Positions 24,256 through 31,663 of a stretch of DNA of 33,672 nucleotides are shown here, one piece after another. Position 1 is the stretch's first letter; each line of letters begins with the position of its first letter. The translations under genes were made by a program, and so were the position numbers. Origin of the DNA: an uncultured Candidatus Saccharibacteria bacterium (lineage in GTDB: Bacteria > Patescibacteriota > UBA1384 > XYA2-FULL-43-10 > CAINNR01); contig CAYHDN010000001.1 in assembly GCA_964355425.1 (NCBI GenBank), positions 1 to 33,672 on the forward strand, in the 5' to 3' direction. The notes under the pieces were generated by a model. That model was not told the DNA's origin. It saw only the letters and a list, made by a program, of their open reading frames with translations, and did no database searches.

Positions 24256-25209
24256 ATGATTAAACTATACTGTGGCGAAGACACCTATTCCTTAAACCAC
24301 TCCTTGAAAAAACTTGAGGCGGATTTTTCTATTGTCAATTTTGGCGATATGAATATTCAAAAGCTCGACGGCGCGGGTTTGACATACGACAGCCTAATCC
24401 GCAGTGCAACCGCTGTGCCGTTTCTAGCCGATAAACGGCTGATTATCATCAGCAATTTCTTGCGTGATGGCGATCAGAATTTGCGCCAATATCTAACCGA
24501 CAACAGCAATAAAATACCCGATTCATCGGAAATTGTTTTAGTCGAAGAGGGCGAAGTCAATAAAAATCTCGGACTTTACAAAAAACTGCTAAAAATGAAG
24601 GCCGTCCAGCATTTTCCGTTGCGCAAAGGCTATGAATTGGAGAAATGGCTGCAGGAATATGTCAAAGAAGAGGGAATCGCCATCAGTTTTCCGGTGATTA
24701 AAAAATTAATTGCCACTGCCGGCAACAATACTTGGCGGCTGACAAATGAGCTTGCTAAGCTCGATCAATATCGAAAAGCCCGGGTGAAATCAGAGATCGA
24801 AGAAATTGACATTGATGAAATGGTCCAGTCGGAGCATGACCAAAATATCTTTGATTTTATTGACGCTCTCGGTGCCAGAAATGCCGCCTTAGCGCTGAAA
24901 TATCTTCATAACTTGCTTGCCGGCGGCAAAAATGAAAACTATATTCTGACGATGATTGTTTATCAATTTCGAAATATGCTTCTGATTCAGGATTTAATTG
25001 TTCGCGGCGTCAAACGCAATCAAATTCCGGCCGAGTCCGAACTCCATCCATTTGTCGTTGGAAAAACAATTCGTGTCCTCAATAATTACGACTTGCCGCT
25101 ATTGAAGCGGATCTATTATCGCTTGATGCAAACCGATATTGACATTAAAACCGGCCGGACTGATTCGCGACTAGCGCTGGAGAAGCTTCTCGCCGACCTG
25201 ACAATATAG
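24256..25209 (+). CDS. holA: DNA polymerase III delta subunit
   Basis: The 317-aa product has a HolA-like N-terminus (IKLYCGEDTYSLNHSLKKL...) and a length and helical C-terminal pattern typical of delta. Backbone composition. The family call is made by eye. Confidence 0.75.
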   Translation: MIKLYCGEDTYSLNHSLKKLEADFSIVNFGDMNIQKLDGAGLTYDSLIRSATAVPFLADKRLIIISNFLRDGDQNLRQYLTDNSNKIPDSSEIVLVEEGEVNKNLGLYKKLLKMKAVQHFPLRKGYELEKWLQEYVKEEGIAISFPVIKKLIATAGNNTWRLTNELAKLDQYRKARVKSEIEEIDIDEMVQSEHDQNIFDFIDALGARNAALALKYLHNLLAGGKNENYILTMIVYQFRNMLLIQDLIVRGVKRNQIPAESELHPFVVGKTIRVLNNYDLPLLKRIYYRLMQTDIDIKTGRTDSRLALEKLLADLTI

Positions 25210-25278
25210 TATAATATAAGTAATTTAGAATTTAAAATTTAAAAAATTGTTTTTAAATTGAAAATATTAAATTGAAAA
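25210..25278. repeat. AT-only word spacer (same family as 8925-9050)
   Basis: AATTTAGAATTTAAAATTTAAAAAATTGTTTTTAAATTGAAAATATTAAATTGAAAATTG. Confidence 0.7.
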
Positions 25279-25305
25279 TTGTCCGCCTATGGCGGACGGA
25301 GGGGA

Positions 25306-26796
25306 ATGCAGCCGAAGAAAGTTAAGACAACACCAATAGTTGATATTTATTGGCGAAAGCTAGTGTTTTTCGCTTTGTTCTTTCTTGTAATTTTTGCAGT
25401 TTGGCAATTTATTAGTTCTAGCAAATTTTTCGCCGATCAGCCAGAAGATCAGATGACAGTCAGCTACGTTACAACATCTAACGTTGATTTGGAAGTTAAA
25501 CCAGACGGCAGCGTTTATAAAGACAACAAGAAGATTAAATCGAAAATTTCACCGCAAAAAGATTTTGATGAACTTCGCCTGGTTGTCTTTGATAAAAACG
25601 ACTATTCCTTGGACAATCTGACTGTTAATTTAAAACTGCCGGCGGATGTTGCCAGTGACACCAAATCGGAAATTTTGGCGATTCATGGAGTCGAGGCGTC
25701 GAATACTTCGGTGGTTAATAGCTCAACAATCGCTTATAATGCGACGTCTGTTGGGGAGCAGGCGACTGTAACAATTGTCGCAAAGCTACCAAAGGGAGTG
25801 ATCAATTTGCCATTTTATGATCAGCTGGTGTTTTTACTCTCATCTTTCGGCCGGAACATTTGGCTCTCATTCGCAATTATCATTCCGCTTTTGACTTTTA
25901 TTTATCTCATTCTTCTAATATCCTTGCAAAAACGGGCGCAGAAGGTCATGTTGCCGGATAGGCCAATTTCTGCACCGCCAATGGCTTTGCCGCCGGCAGT
26001 TGTCGGGGTTTTAATGAATCAACGGGTCGGACCGAGAGAAATTGCTGCTACTTTGATCGATTTATCGCTTCGCAAGTACATTTATATCATTGACCGCGAT
26101 CGTGGATTTGCTTTCGGGAAGAGAAGCCTTGCCGGTCAGCTTTTATCTTTTGAAAGAATTTTACTTTCCAAAATTTTCCGTGACAGCATTAAGATTTCCG
26201 ATGAAGAAATCTCCGAAAGATTTATGAACCACCTTTATAGCCACAAAATGTCATTGTTTACAAATGACATATATGCTTTGGCTACCAGATTGGGCTATTT
26301 TAAGGTTAACCCGGTCAGTATGCATCGCCGCTACCAATTTTTTGGCACGATGCTCTTCTTCTTTGCTCTGACTTGCTTCTTTCTGACCTTTAAATATTTT
26401 CCATCCTTGCCTTATGCCGTCTTTTTATGGGTTGGAATGATGGTGGCGTCATTAATTGTTGTTGTTGTGGGCAGTAATATGCCGATTCGCACTGCTCTTG
26501 GCCGCCAAGCGCTTTCAAATTGGCTGGCTTTCAAAAAGTATCTCTCGGATCCGCAGCCCCTGCCGTATGATCAAGCAAATTATCAAAAATTTGCCGAATA
26601 TTTGCCGTATGCCGTCATATTTCATGCTGAAGCAATGTGGGCCAGGCGTTTTATTGACCAGGAGTTTGTTGTGCCGGATTGGTTTATTTCAGACAAACAG
26701 GGGCTTGGTTTAAATGATTTTTGTTTAGCGCTTTTTCCGATCATCGGCTATGTCGGTCAAAATTTGGCTTCAATCAGAGAGCCAGGGTTTAAATAA
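25306..26796 (+). CDS. DUF2207-like membrane protein
   Basis: N-terminal TM, an extracellular domain, then TM helices around PPMALPPAVVGVLMNQRVGPREIAATLIDLSLRKYI, which resembles the DUF2207 signature. The start is ambiguous: ATG 25306 has GGAGG only about 3 nt upstream, and TTG 25279 is the alternative. Confidence 0.7.
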   Translation: MQPKKVKTTPIVDIYWRKLVFFALFFLVIFAVWQFISSSKFFADQPEDQMTVSYVTTSNVDLEVKPDGSVYKDNKKIKSKISPQKDFDELRLVVFDKNDYSLDNLTVNLKLPADVASDTKSEILAIHGVEASNTSVVNSSTIAYNATSVGEQATVTIVAKLPKGVINLPFYDQLVFLLSSFGRNIWLSFAIIIPLLTFIYLILLISLQKRAQKVMLPDRPISAPPMALPPAVVGVLMNQRVGPREIAATLIDLSLRKYIYIIDRDRGFAFGKRSLAGQLLSFERILLSKIFRDSIKISDEEISERFMNHLYSHKMSLFTNDIYALATRLGYFKVNPVSMHRRYQFFGTMLFFFALTCFFLTFKYFPSLPYAVFLWVGMMVASLIVVVVGSNMPIRTALGRQALSNWLAFKKYLSDPQPLPYDQANYQKFAEYLPYAVIFHAEAMWARRFIDQEFVVPDWFISDKQGLGLNDFCLALFPIIGYVGQNLASIREPGFK

Positions 26797-26811
26797 ATTT
26801 TAACAGGAAGA

Positions 26812-26902
26812 AACAACACAGATAGTTACACAGACATAGCACAGAATCGTTTTTTCTGTGTCCGTTCTGTGTAAAGGTCAGTGTGGTTTCTACAATATTA
26901 TG
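26812..26902 (+). repeat. CACAGA-word module X, copy 1, ending in the lepB start codon
   Basis: CACAGA/TCTGTG words and hairpin (26840-26860), then GTGTGGTTTCTACAATATTATG (26881-26902). This 22-nt block is identical to the reverse complement of 27877-27898. Confidence 0.8.
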
Positions 26903-27466
26903 GCTTTTAACCGTGAAACTTTTATCGGCAGAGTGGTTTTTGGCGGCGGGTTTGTTTTTGATTTTGCTAAATGGCTGCTAATCATTGGTTTGACTCTAAT
27001 CCTTCTCCATTACTTTGTTGTCTCAATTTATATTGTTGACGGCGTTTCAATGGATCCATTTTTAAAAACCGGCGAAGTGGCGGTATTGAATAAAATCGTT
27101 TATTCAGTCGAAAATCCCAAGCGCGGTGATGTTGTAGTGGTTAAATATCCTGGCGATCCGGAACATAAACGCTATGTAAAACGGGTCATCGGTCTGCCGA
27201 ATGAAAAGATAACTGTTGCTGATGGAGTGGTAAAAATTAATGGGAAAAGATTAATTGAGAATTATTTACCGCAGGATACGCCAACGACCAAAGATGGCAA
27301 TCGGCAGCTGGGCGGTGATGAGTATTTTCTGATGGGCGATAACCGGCCAAACTCAAATGATTCCCGCTACTTCGGACCGGCGGAGAAGCGCTTTATTGTC
27401 GGCAAAACCGTCTGGATTATATTTCCGCGGTTTGAAAGCATAATCACGCCAACGTATATACAATAA
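26900..27466 (+). CDS. lepB: signal peptidase I
   Basis: The catalytic Ser box is GVSMDPFL. It is followed by GDVVVVKYP, RYVKRVIGLPNEKI and GDNRPNSNDSRYFG. ATG 26900 is preferred over ORF-track 26858, because the upstream codons belong to a repeated DNA module. Confidence 0.9.
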   Translation: MAFNRETFIGRVVFGGGFVFDFAKWLLIIGLTLILLHYFVVSIYIVDGVSMDPFLKTGEVAVLNKIVYSVENPKRGDVVVVKYPGDPEHKRYVKRVIGLPNEKITVADGVVKINGKRLIENYLPQDTPTTKDGNRQLGGDEYFLMGDNRPNSNDSRYFGPAEKRFIVGKTVWIIFPRFESIITPTYIQ

Positions 27467-27497
27467 AAATCAAAAATCAAAAGTCAAAAGTCACAAC
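27467..27497. repeat. TCAAAA(G/A) word spacer
   Basis: Contains TCAAAAATCAAAAGTCAAAA (27468-27487), which is identical to 28709-28728. Confidence 0.75.
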
Positions 27498-27504
27498 TAT
27501 TGAA

Positions 27505-27546
27505 ATAAAAAATTGCCCTAAGCGAAGTCGAAGGACAATTTTTTTA
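27505..27546. terminator. bidirectional terminator between convergent lepB and rpsT
   Basis: AATTGCCCT...AGGACAATT hairpin flanked by an A-run on the left and T7 on the right, so it presents a U-tract on both strands. Confidence 0.7.
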
Positions 27547-27549
27547 TAG

Positions 27550-27879
27550 CTATTTTTTCTTGGCCACGGGTTTTTTTGTAAGGGTCTTTTTGACTGGTTT
27601 TGCTGGAGTTTCAGTTTTGGTATTTGATTTTGACAGTTTTTTCGCCAGGCGAGCTTTCAGTCTTGATGCTTTGTTTTTGTGAATAACATTTTTCTTGGCG
27701 GCAATGTCGAGTTGGCGAAAAGCGGCGTCAATTTTTGCTTTGACGTCGCTGTCGCCGGCGGCAACAGCCAAACGAGCGGCTTTTAGAGCCGATTTGACTT
27801 TGTTGCGGGTTTGGTCGTTGATTTCTTTTCTAGCTCGATCAATCCGCAATGATTTTTTAGCTGACTTTAGTAGGGGCAT
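27550..27879 (-). CDS. rpsT: 30S ribosomal protein S20
   Basis: MPLLKSAKKSLRIDRARKEINDQTRNKVKSALKAA... is typical S20. ATG 27879 is preferred over 27909 for the same reason as lepB. Confidence 0.9.
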   Translation of the reverse strand: MPLLKSAKKSLRIDRARKEINDQTRNKVKSALKAARLAVAAGDSDVKAKIDAAFRQLDIAAKKNVIHKNKASRLKARLAKKLSKSNTKTETPAKPVKKTLTKKPVAKKK

Positions 27880-27965
27880 AATATTGTAGAAACCACACAG
27901 ATTCTTCACACAGATTCGGCACAGATTGTTTTATCTGTGTTTTATCTGCGAATAAGATCAGTGTA
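27877..27965 (-). repeat. CACAGA-word module X, copy 2, ending in the rpsT start codon
   Basis: The reverse complement reads ...CACAGATAAAACAATCTGTG...TCTGTGTGGTTTCTACAATATTATG. Confidence 0.8.
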
Positions 27966-28089
27966 TGTACTTCCGTTTAATGATTTTACTATAAGAGTGT
28001 AGCAGAAGTTTTTAGATTTGTGAAGTGCTTGTACGGAATCCCGCACCTCCAGCTCTTTTCTGGGAAAGGGCTGGATGGTGCGTGGATAA

Positions 28090-28113
28090 AGAAAAACCTC
28101 CCGGATGGGGAGG
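28090..28113 (-). terminator. intrinsic terminator of the 152-aa membrane ORF
   Basis: CCTCCC/GGGAGG stem, followed on the minus strand by TTTTTC. Confidence 0.6.
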
Positions 28114-28135
28114 AATGATCAGTTGTTTTTGGCGA

Positions 28136-28594
28136 TCAGCCGTGTCTACCGCCGCCGAATTTGTCAATTAGACGTGGATTGCTCGCACGTGCAGCATCCT
28201 CGTCCGGGCAACCCAGTGACATGTCAGCCTTCGGACAATCGCTTGGGACTTGGTTTTCCGCTGGCCAGATGAGGGAACCGGCAATCATACCGATGAACAT
28301 AGCGATGGAAATGGCGTAAAGGTGAAACATCGACGGGACTAGGCTGACCACGAAACCGATTAGCCAAAGAATCCCGTTGCACAGAACATCGGTGAAACTG
28401 CTGAAGGTCAAGGGATCTTCGACGGTTTTCCTCTGGCCCAGTAGCCACTTGCCGAGGAAATACGCTCCAAGTCCGAACGACAGCGAACACACATAAAAGA
28501 CTCGGCCGATGTCGCTGTGGAGAATCAGACCGGTGACCGAACCGATCAGGCCGGCCACCAAAGCGGAAAAAACCAAAACTCGCAGGAATCTCAT
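28136..28594 (-). CDS. hypothetical integral membrane protein (152 aa, about 4 TM)
   Basis: ATG 28594 has GAGG upstream, with promoter TTGACT-17-TTAAAT and terminator 28090-28113. GC-rich. No family recognised. Confidence 0.5.
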   Translation of the reverse strand: MRFLRVLVFSALVAGLIGSVTGLILHSDIGRVFYVCSLSFGLGAYFLGKWLLGQRKTVEDPLTFSSFTDVLCNGILWLIGFVVSLVPSMFHLYAISIAMFIGMIAGSLIWPAENQVPSDCPKADMSLGCPDEDAARASNPRLIDKFGGGRHG

Positions 28595-28630
28595 CGCGCG
28601 CCTCGCAACAGAATTCGTTCTGATGCTGAT

Positions 28631-28690
28631 ATTTAAGCAAGAAAATGCAAATAAGTCAAGATTGACAAAAATTATTCCATTGGCTATATT
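28631..28690. promoter_or_regulatory. back-to-back divergent promoters (membrane ORF leftward, nrnA-like gene rightward)
   Basis: Minus strand: TTGACT(28659-28654)-17-TTAAAT(28636-28631). Plus strand: TTGACA(28662-28667)-17-TATATT(28685-28690). Confidence 0.45.
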
Positions 28691-28699
28691 GGGTTGTTA

Positions 28700-28800
28700 A
28701 CTCAAAAGTCAAAAATCAAAAGTCAAAACTAGGAATTTTTTGGAAGTTGAAATGTTTTAAGTTTTAGTTTTGATCTTTGAATTTTAATCTTTAAGTTTTT
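28700..28800. repeat. TCAAAA(G/A) word spacer followed by its imperfect inverted copy
   Basis: TCAAAAGTCAAAAATCAAAAGTCAAAAC is followed about 30 nt later by GTTTTAGTTTTGATCTTTGAATTTTAATC, giving a potential long AT hairpin in the nrnA-like leader. Confidence 0.65.
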
Positions 28801-28803
28801 TTG

Positions 28804-29958
28804 ATGGAACTTTCACCCAAACAACAAATTGTCGAGGCGATCAAAACATCAGAGAACATTTTGCTTTTAACTCACAAAAATCCCGATGGTGATGCAGTTG
28901 GATCTCTGGTCGCTTTTTCGCTGGCGCTATCTAAACTCGGCAAGAATTCGACACTGGTTTGTCCTGACGACATTTCATCGGTTTTCTCCTATTTGCCGAC
29001 GGAAAAAGTCTCTAAAGAACTCAAAGGCAAGCGTGATTTTGTCATATCACTTGATGTCAATCAAGTTAAAGCCGAGAAATTTCTCTACAAAGTTGAAGAT
29101 GGCCGGATAAACTTCATTGTCACACCGAAATCGGGCGAATTTTTGCCCGATATGGTCAATTTTCCCGGTGGAAAATATAAGGCTGATTTAATTATCGTTC
29201 TCGATTCACCTGATCTAGAGCGGCTGGGGAGACCCTATGAAGAAAATTCCGATCTATTTTATGAAACTCCGATAGTAAATATTGACCACCATGCCGGAAA
29301 TGATCACTTTGGAAAAATTAATCTGGTTGATCTGACCGCAACCTCAACTTGTGAAATTCTGGTTTCAGTTTTTGAGGCGCTATCGGGTGACACTTCGCTT
29401 TTGACCCCCGAAGTGGCAACGGCACTACTGACCGGCATTATCACCGACACAAATTCGTTTCAAAATGCCAACACGACGCCAAAATCGCTGACAGTAGCGG
29501 CCCAGCTTGTAGCGGCCAACGCTGATCGAGAGGAGATAATCCGCCGGATTTATAAAACCAGAACTCTGCCAACGCTACGTCTTTGGGGCAAAGTTTTGAC
29601 TAATATCCATGATGAGTCAAACTATCGTTTTGTTTGGTCGCAAATTAAAAGGGAAGATTTTTTGTCAGTTGGCGCGGCAGTGGAGGACGCCGACGGCGTC
29701 ATTGATGAACTACTAAAGACTGCAACTGGGGTTGACTTTGTGTTACTCCTGACGGAAAAGAATAACGGTCATCATGGGTCTCTCCGCTCGGTTGCAAAAG
29801 GTGTTGATGTCGCAGAAATTGCCAAACTTTTTGCTGGTGGCGGTCACACACTGGCAGCCGGTTTTGTTGTCGATGCTTCCGATCCAGCAATGAACGTGGA
29901 GAAAGTTATCGCTAAAATCCGCGACCACCAGACGTCGCTGAATGGCAAAAATCTCTAG
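28804..29958 (+). CDS. DHH/DHHA1 family phosphoesterase (NrnA-like oligoribonuclease/pAp phosphatase)
   Basis: LLLTHKNPDGDAVGS, NIDHHAGNDHFG, ITDTNSFQN and the C-terminal GGGHTLAAGF are the DHH and DHHA1 motifs. Confidence 0.85.
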   Translation: MELSPKQQIVEAIKTSENILLLTHKNPDGDAVGSLVAFSLALSKLGKNSTLVCPDDISSVFSYLPTEKVSKELKGKRDFVISLDVNQVKAEKFLYKVEDGRINFIVTPKSGEFLPDMVNFPGGKYKADLIIVLDSPDLERLGRPYEENSDLFYETPIVNIDHHAGNDHFGKINLVDLTATSTCEILVSVFEALSGDTSLLTPEVATALLTGIITDTNSFQNANTTPKSLTVAAQLVAANADREEIIRRIYKTRTLPTLRLWGKVLTNIHDESNYRFVWSQIKREDFLSVGAAVEDADGVIDELLKTATGVDFVLLLTEKNNGHHGSLRSVAKGVDVAEIAKLFAGGGHTLAAGFVVDASDPAMNVEKVIAKIRDHQTSLNGKNL

Positions 29959-30040
29959 AATATTCTAATGTACTTATATTGTGCTTGTATTTTGCGAGTT
30001 TTTTTTGTAATATGCGTTTGACGTTCTAATCCGAGGAGGT

Positions 30041-30949
30041 GTGACTGCCTTGATCGCACTGTCCAGTGGTTATCAGTTTGACTATATGATTCCCAGCGGC
30101 GGGCTAGCTTACGATGGCCTTGGATGGCGATGGGAGAGGCCGTTAGTCCGAGTTGGGATCATCGATCCGTCACTCTTTACCGTTGTTATCAAGACGCTGT
30201 CATACCGTCCGATAATCGGCAATCAGCGATGGTACAATCCTTTTCGGGCTGTCAGGCCGCTCTTTGACAACCAGTTGTTGCTCAACGGTGTCGCTAATGC
30301 GGTCAGCCTGTCCAATCCCGGGTATCTGCGGTGGCGTGAGGAAGTGGCACCAAACGTCGATTTCTCGTGGCAACGACTTGTTGCCTCAGTCTCGCCGGAA
30401 GGTTCGACCTGTGAGGAGTTTGCTGAGATGGTTTCGGACTTGGGGCAGCTGGGGTTCGTTGCTGTTGAGATCAACACTTCCTGCCCCAACGTTGCACCCC
30501 AGAGAGCCGATGAGGTCATCAGGTGTGTCGGAATTGCCAGAGAGGCGACGAAGAAGCCACTGATACTGAAAGTTTCAGCGGCCCAAGATGTCAGCCGAAT
30601 CATTCCGGCAGTCGAAGGCAAGATAGACGCTGTCTCGATCAACGCGGTACCATGGGATCTGGTATTTCCGGAGCGCAGAAGTCCGCTTGCGCATTTGGGC
30701 GGCGGCGCGGTGTCTGGCAAGCTGGCGCAACAAAGGAATTGGAACCTGCTGCGCTGGATCAAGACAATCTCCGATCTTCCGGTCATTGGGCCGGATGTCT
30801 GGGATTTCTCCGACATCGCCAGACTCGGTGAACTAGGGGCTGATGCATGGAGCTTTGGCGCGCTTCAACTCTGCTTTCCCTGGAAACCGACGATGTATGT
30901 CAAAAAGGCCCAATCAATCACACGGGGGAATTCGTTGCGTCTGCTTTAG
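30041..30949 (+). CDS. dihydroorotate dehydrogenase-like TIM-barrel protein (PyrD/DHODH class 1-like)
   Basis: VAVEINTSCPNV (cf. ELNLSCPN), KPLILKVS, INAV, GGGAVSGKLAQQRNWNLL, PVIGPD...GADAWSFGA. The start is uncertain: GTG 30041 abuts the GAGGAGG SD, and TTG 30050 or ATG 30086 are possible. GC-rich. Confidence 0.6.
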   Translation: MTALIALSSGYQFDYMIPSGGLAYDGLGWRWERPLVRVGIIDPSLFTVVIKTLSYRPIIGNQRWYNPFRAVRPLFDNQLLLNGVANAVSLSNPGYLRWREEVAPNVDFSWQRLVASVSPEGSTCEEFAEMVSDLGQLGFVAVEINTSCPNVAPQRADEVIRCVGIAREATKKPLILKVSAAQDVSRIIPAVEGKIDAVSINAVPWDLVFPERRSPLAHLGGGAVSGKLAQQRNWNLLRWIKTISDLPVIGPDVWDFSDIARLGELGADAWSFGALQLCFPWKPTMYVKKAQSITRGNSLRLL

Positions 30950-31013
30950 GCGGGCGCATTTCTTATTACGCTTGATTTTTTTTCAGGAGTTTGTTACAAT
31001 CAGGTAGTAAAAA

Positions 31014-31090
31014 CATTAAATTGTAGAAACCACTCAGACCGTTACACAGAAATGACACAGAAAATGCAATTCTGTGCGGTGTCTGTGTCA
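31014..31090 (-). repeat. CACAGA-word module X, copy 3 (orphan, points away from rpsO)
   Basis: The reverse complement reads ...CACAGAATTGCATTTTCTGTG...GAGTGGTTTCTACAATTTAATG. Only a 16-codon ORF follows (30966-31016). Confidence 0.7.
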
Positions 31091-31141
31091 ATATCTGACC
31101 CAAAGGGTCCCCTTCGGGGTGTAGTTTCTTCCAAATAACTT

Positions 31142-31525
31142 ATGGCAGAAAAAATAGCAAAAATTAAACCAGAAAAAGTTCCGACGCCCCGACAAAATGT
31201 CGAGGGTACGGAATCTCGGCCTAAAAGCGTCGGGATCGCAAAGAAACTGGCAACTGGGAAAAAAACGCCCGCAGAAAAAGGTGATCTTTTGGCGAAGTAT
31301 CAAACACATAAAACCGATACTGGTTCAACCGAAGTTCAGATTGTTGTTTTGACCAAAAAAATTGCCGAGCTGACTAAGCACTTGAAAGGTCACAAACACG
31401 ATTTTGATTCCCGTGCCGGACTTTTGAAGATGGTTGGAAAACGCCGAAGACTCTTGAATTATCTGAAGAAAAGCAACGAAAAAATTTATACTGATTTAAT
31501 TGTTGATTTAAAACTTAGAAAGTAA
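31142..31525 (+). CDS. rpsO: 30S ribosomal protein S15 with an N-terminal extension of about 38 aa
   Basis: DTGSTEVQIVVLTKKIAELTKHLKGHKHDFDSRAGLLKMVGKRRRLLNYLKK is canonical S15. It is preceded by a Lys/Pro-rich extension and lies immediately upstream of pnp. Confidence 0.9.
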   Translation: MAEKIAKIKPEKVPTPRQNVEGTESRPKSVGIAKKLATGKKTPAEKGDLLAKYQTHKTDTGSTEVQIVVLTKKIAELTKHLKGHKHDFDSRAGLLKMVGKRRRLLNYLKKSNEKIYTDLIVDLKLRK

Positions 31526-31529
31526 TTAA

Positions 31530-31646
31530 GACGCTAGATTGCGGAAAGTAGATGATAGATTTTGAAGATGGAAATTGGGAATTGGGTCAAAACTTCCAGC
31601 TTCTATCATCAAAGTTCTATCGTTGATCCTCTGAATCCAGCGTCTA
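31530..31646 (+). promoter_or_regulatory. long imperfect stem-loop in the rpsO-pnp spacer (candidate pnp leader/processing structure)
   Basis: Outer stem AGACGCTAGAT(31530-31540)/ATCCAGCGTCT(31636-31646) has one mismatch. Inner stem GATGATAGA(31552-31560)/TCTATCATC(31603-31611) is perfect. Confidence 0.45.
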
Positions 31647-31663
31647 AAAACGAAGGGATTCTT

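Noticed and set aside
25279-25305. An N-terminal extension MSAYGGRRG appears on the DUF2207 protein.
   Set aside because: These codons are the perfect hairpin GTCCGCC-TAT-GGCGGAC plus the SD, so they are more likely a 5' UTR structure than coding sequence. The start remains flagged as ambiguous.
26858-27909. A shared peptide CGFYNIM appears at the N-termini of the lepB and rpsT ORF-track models.
   Set aside because: The identity comes from a repeated DNA module on opposite strands, not from homologous protein sequence. Canonical LepB and S20 N-termini begin at the internal ATGs 26900 and 27879.
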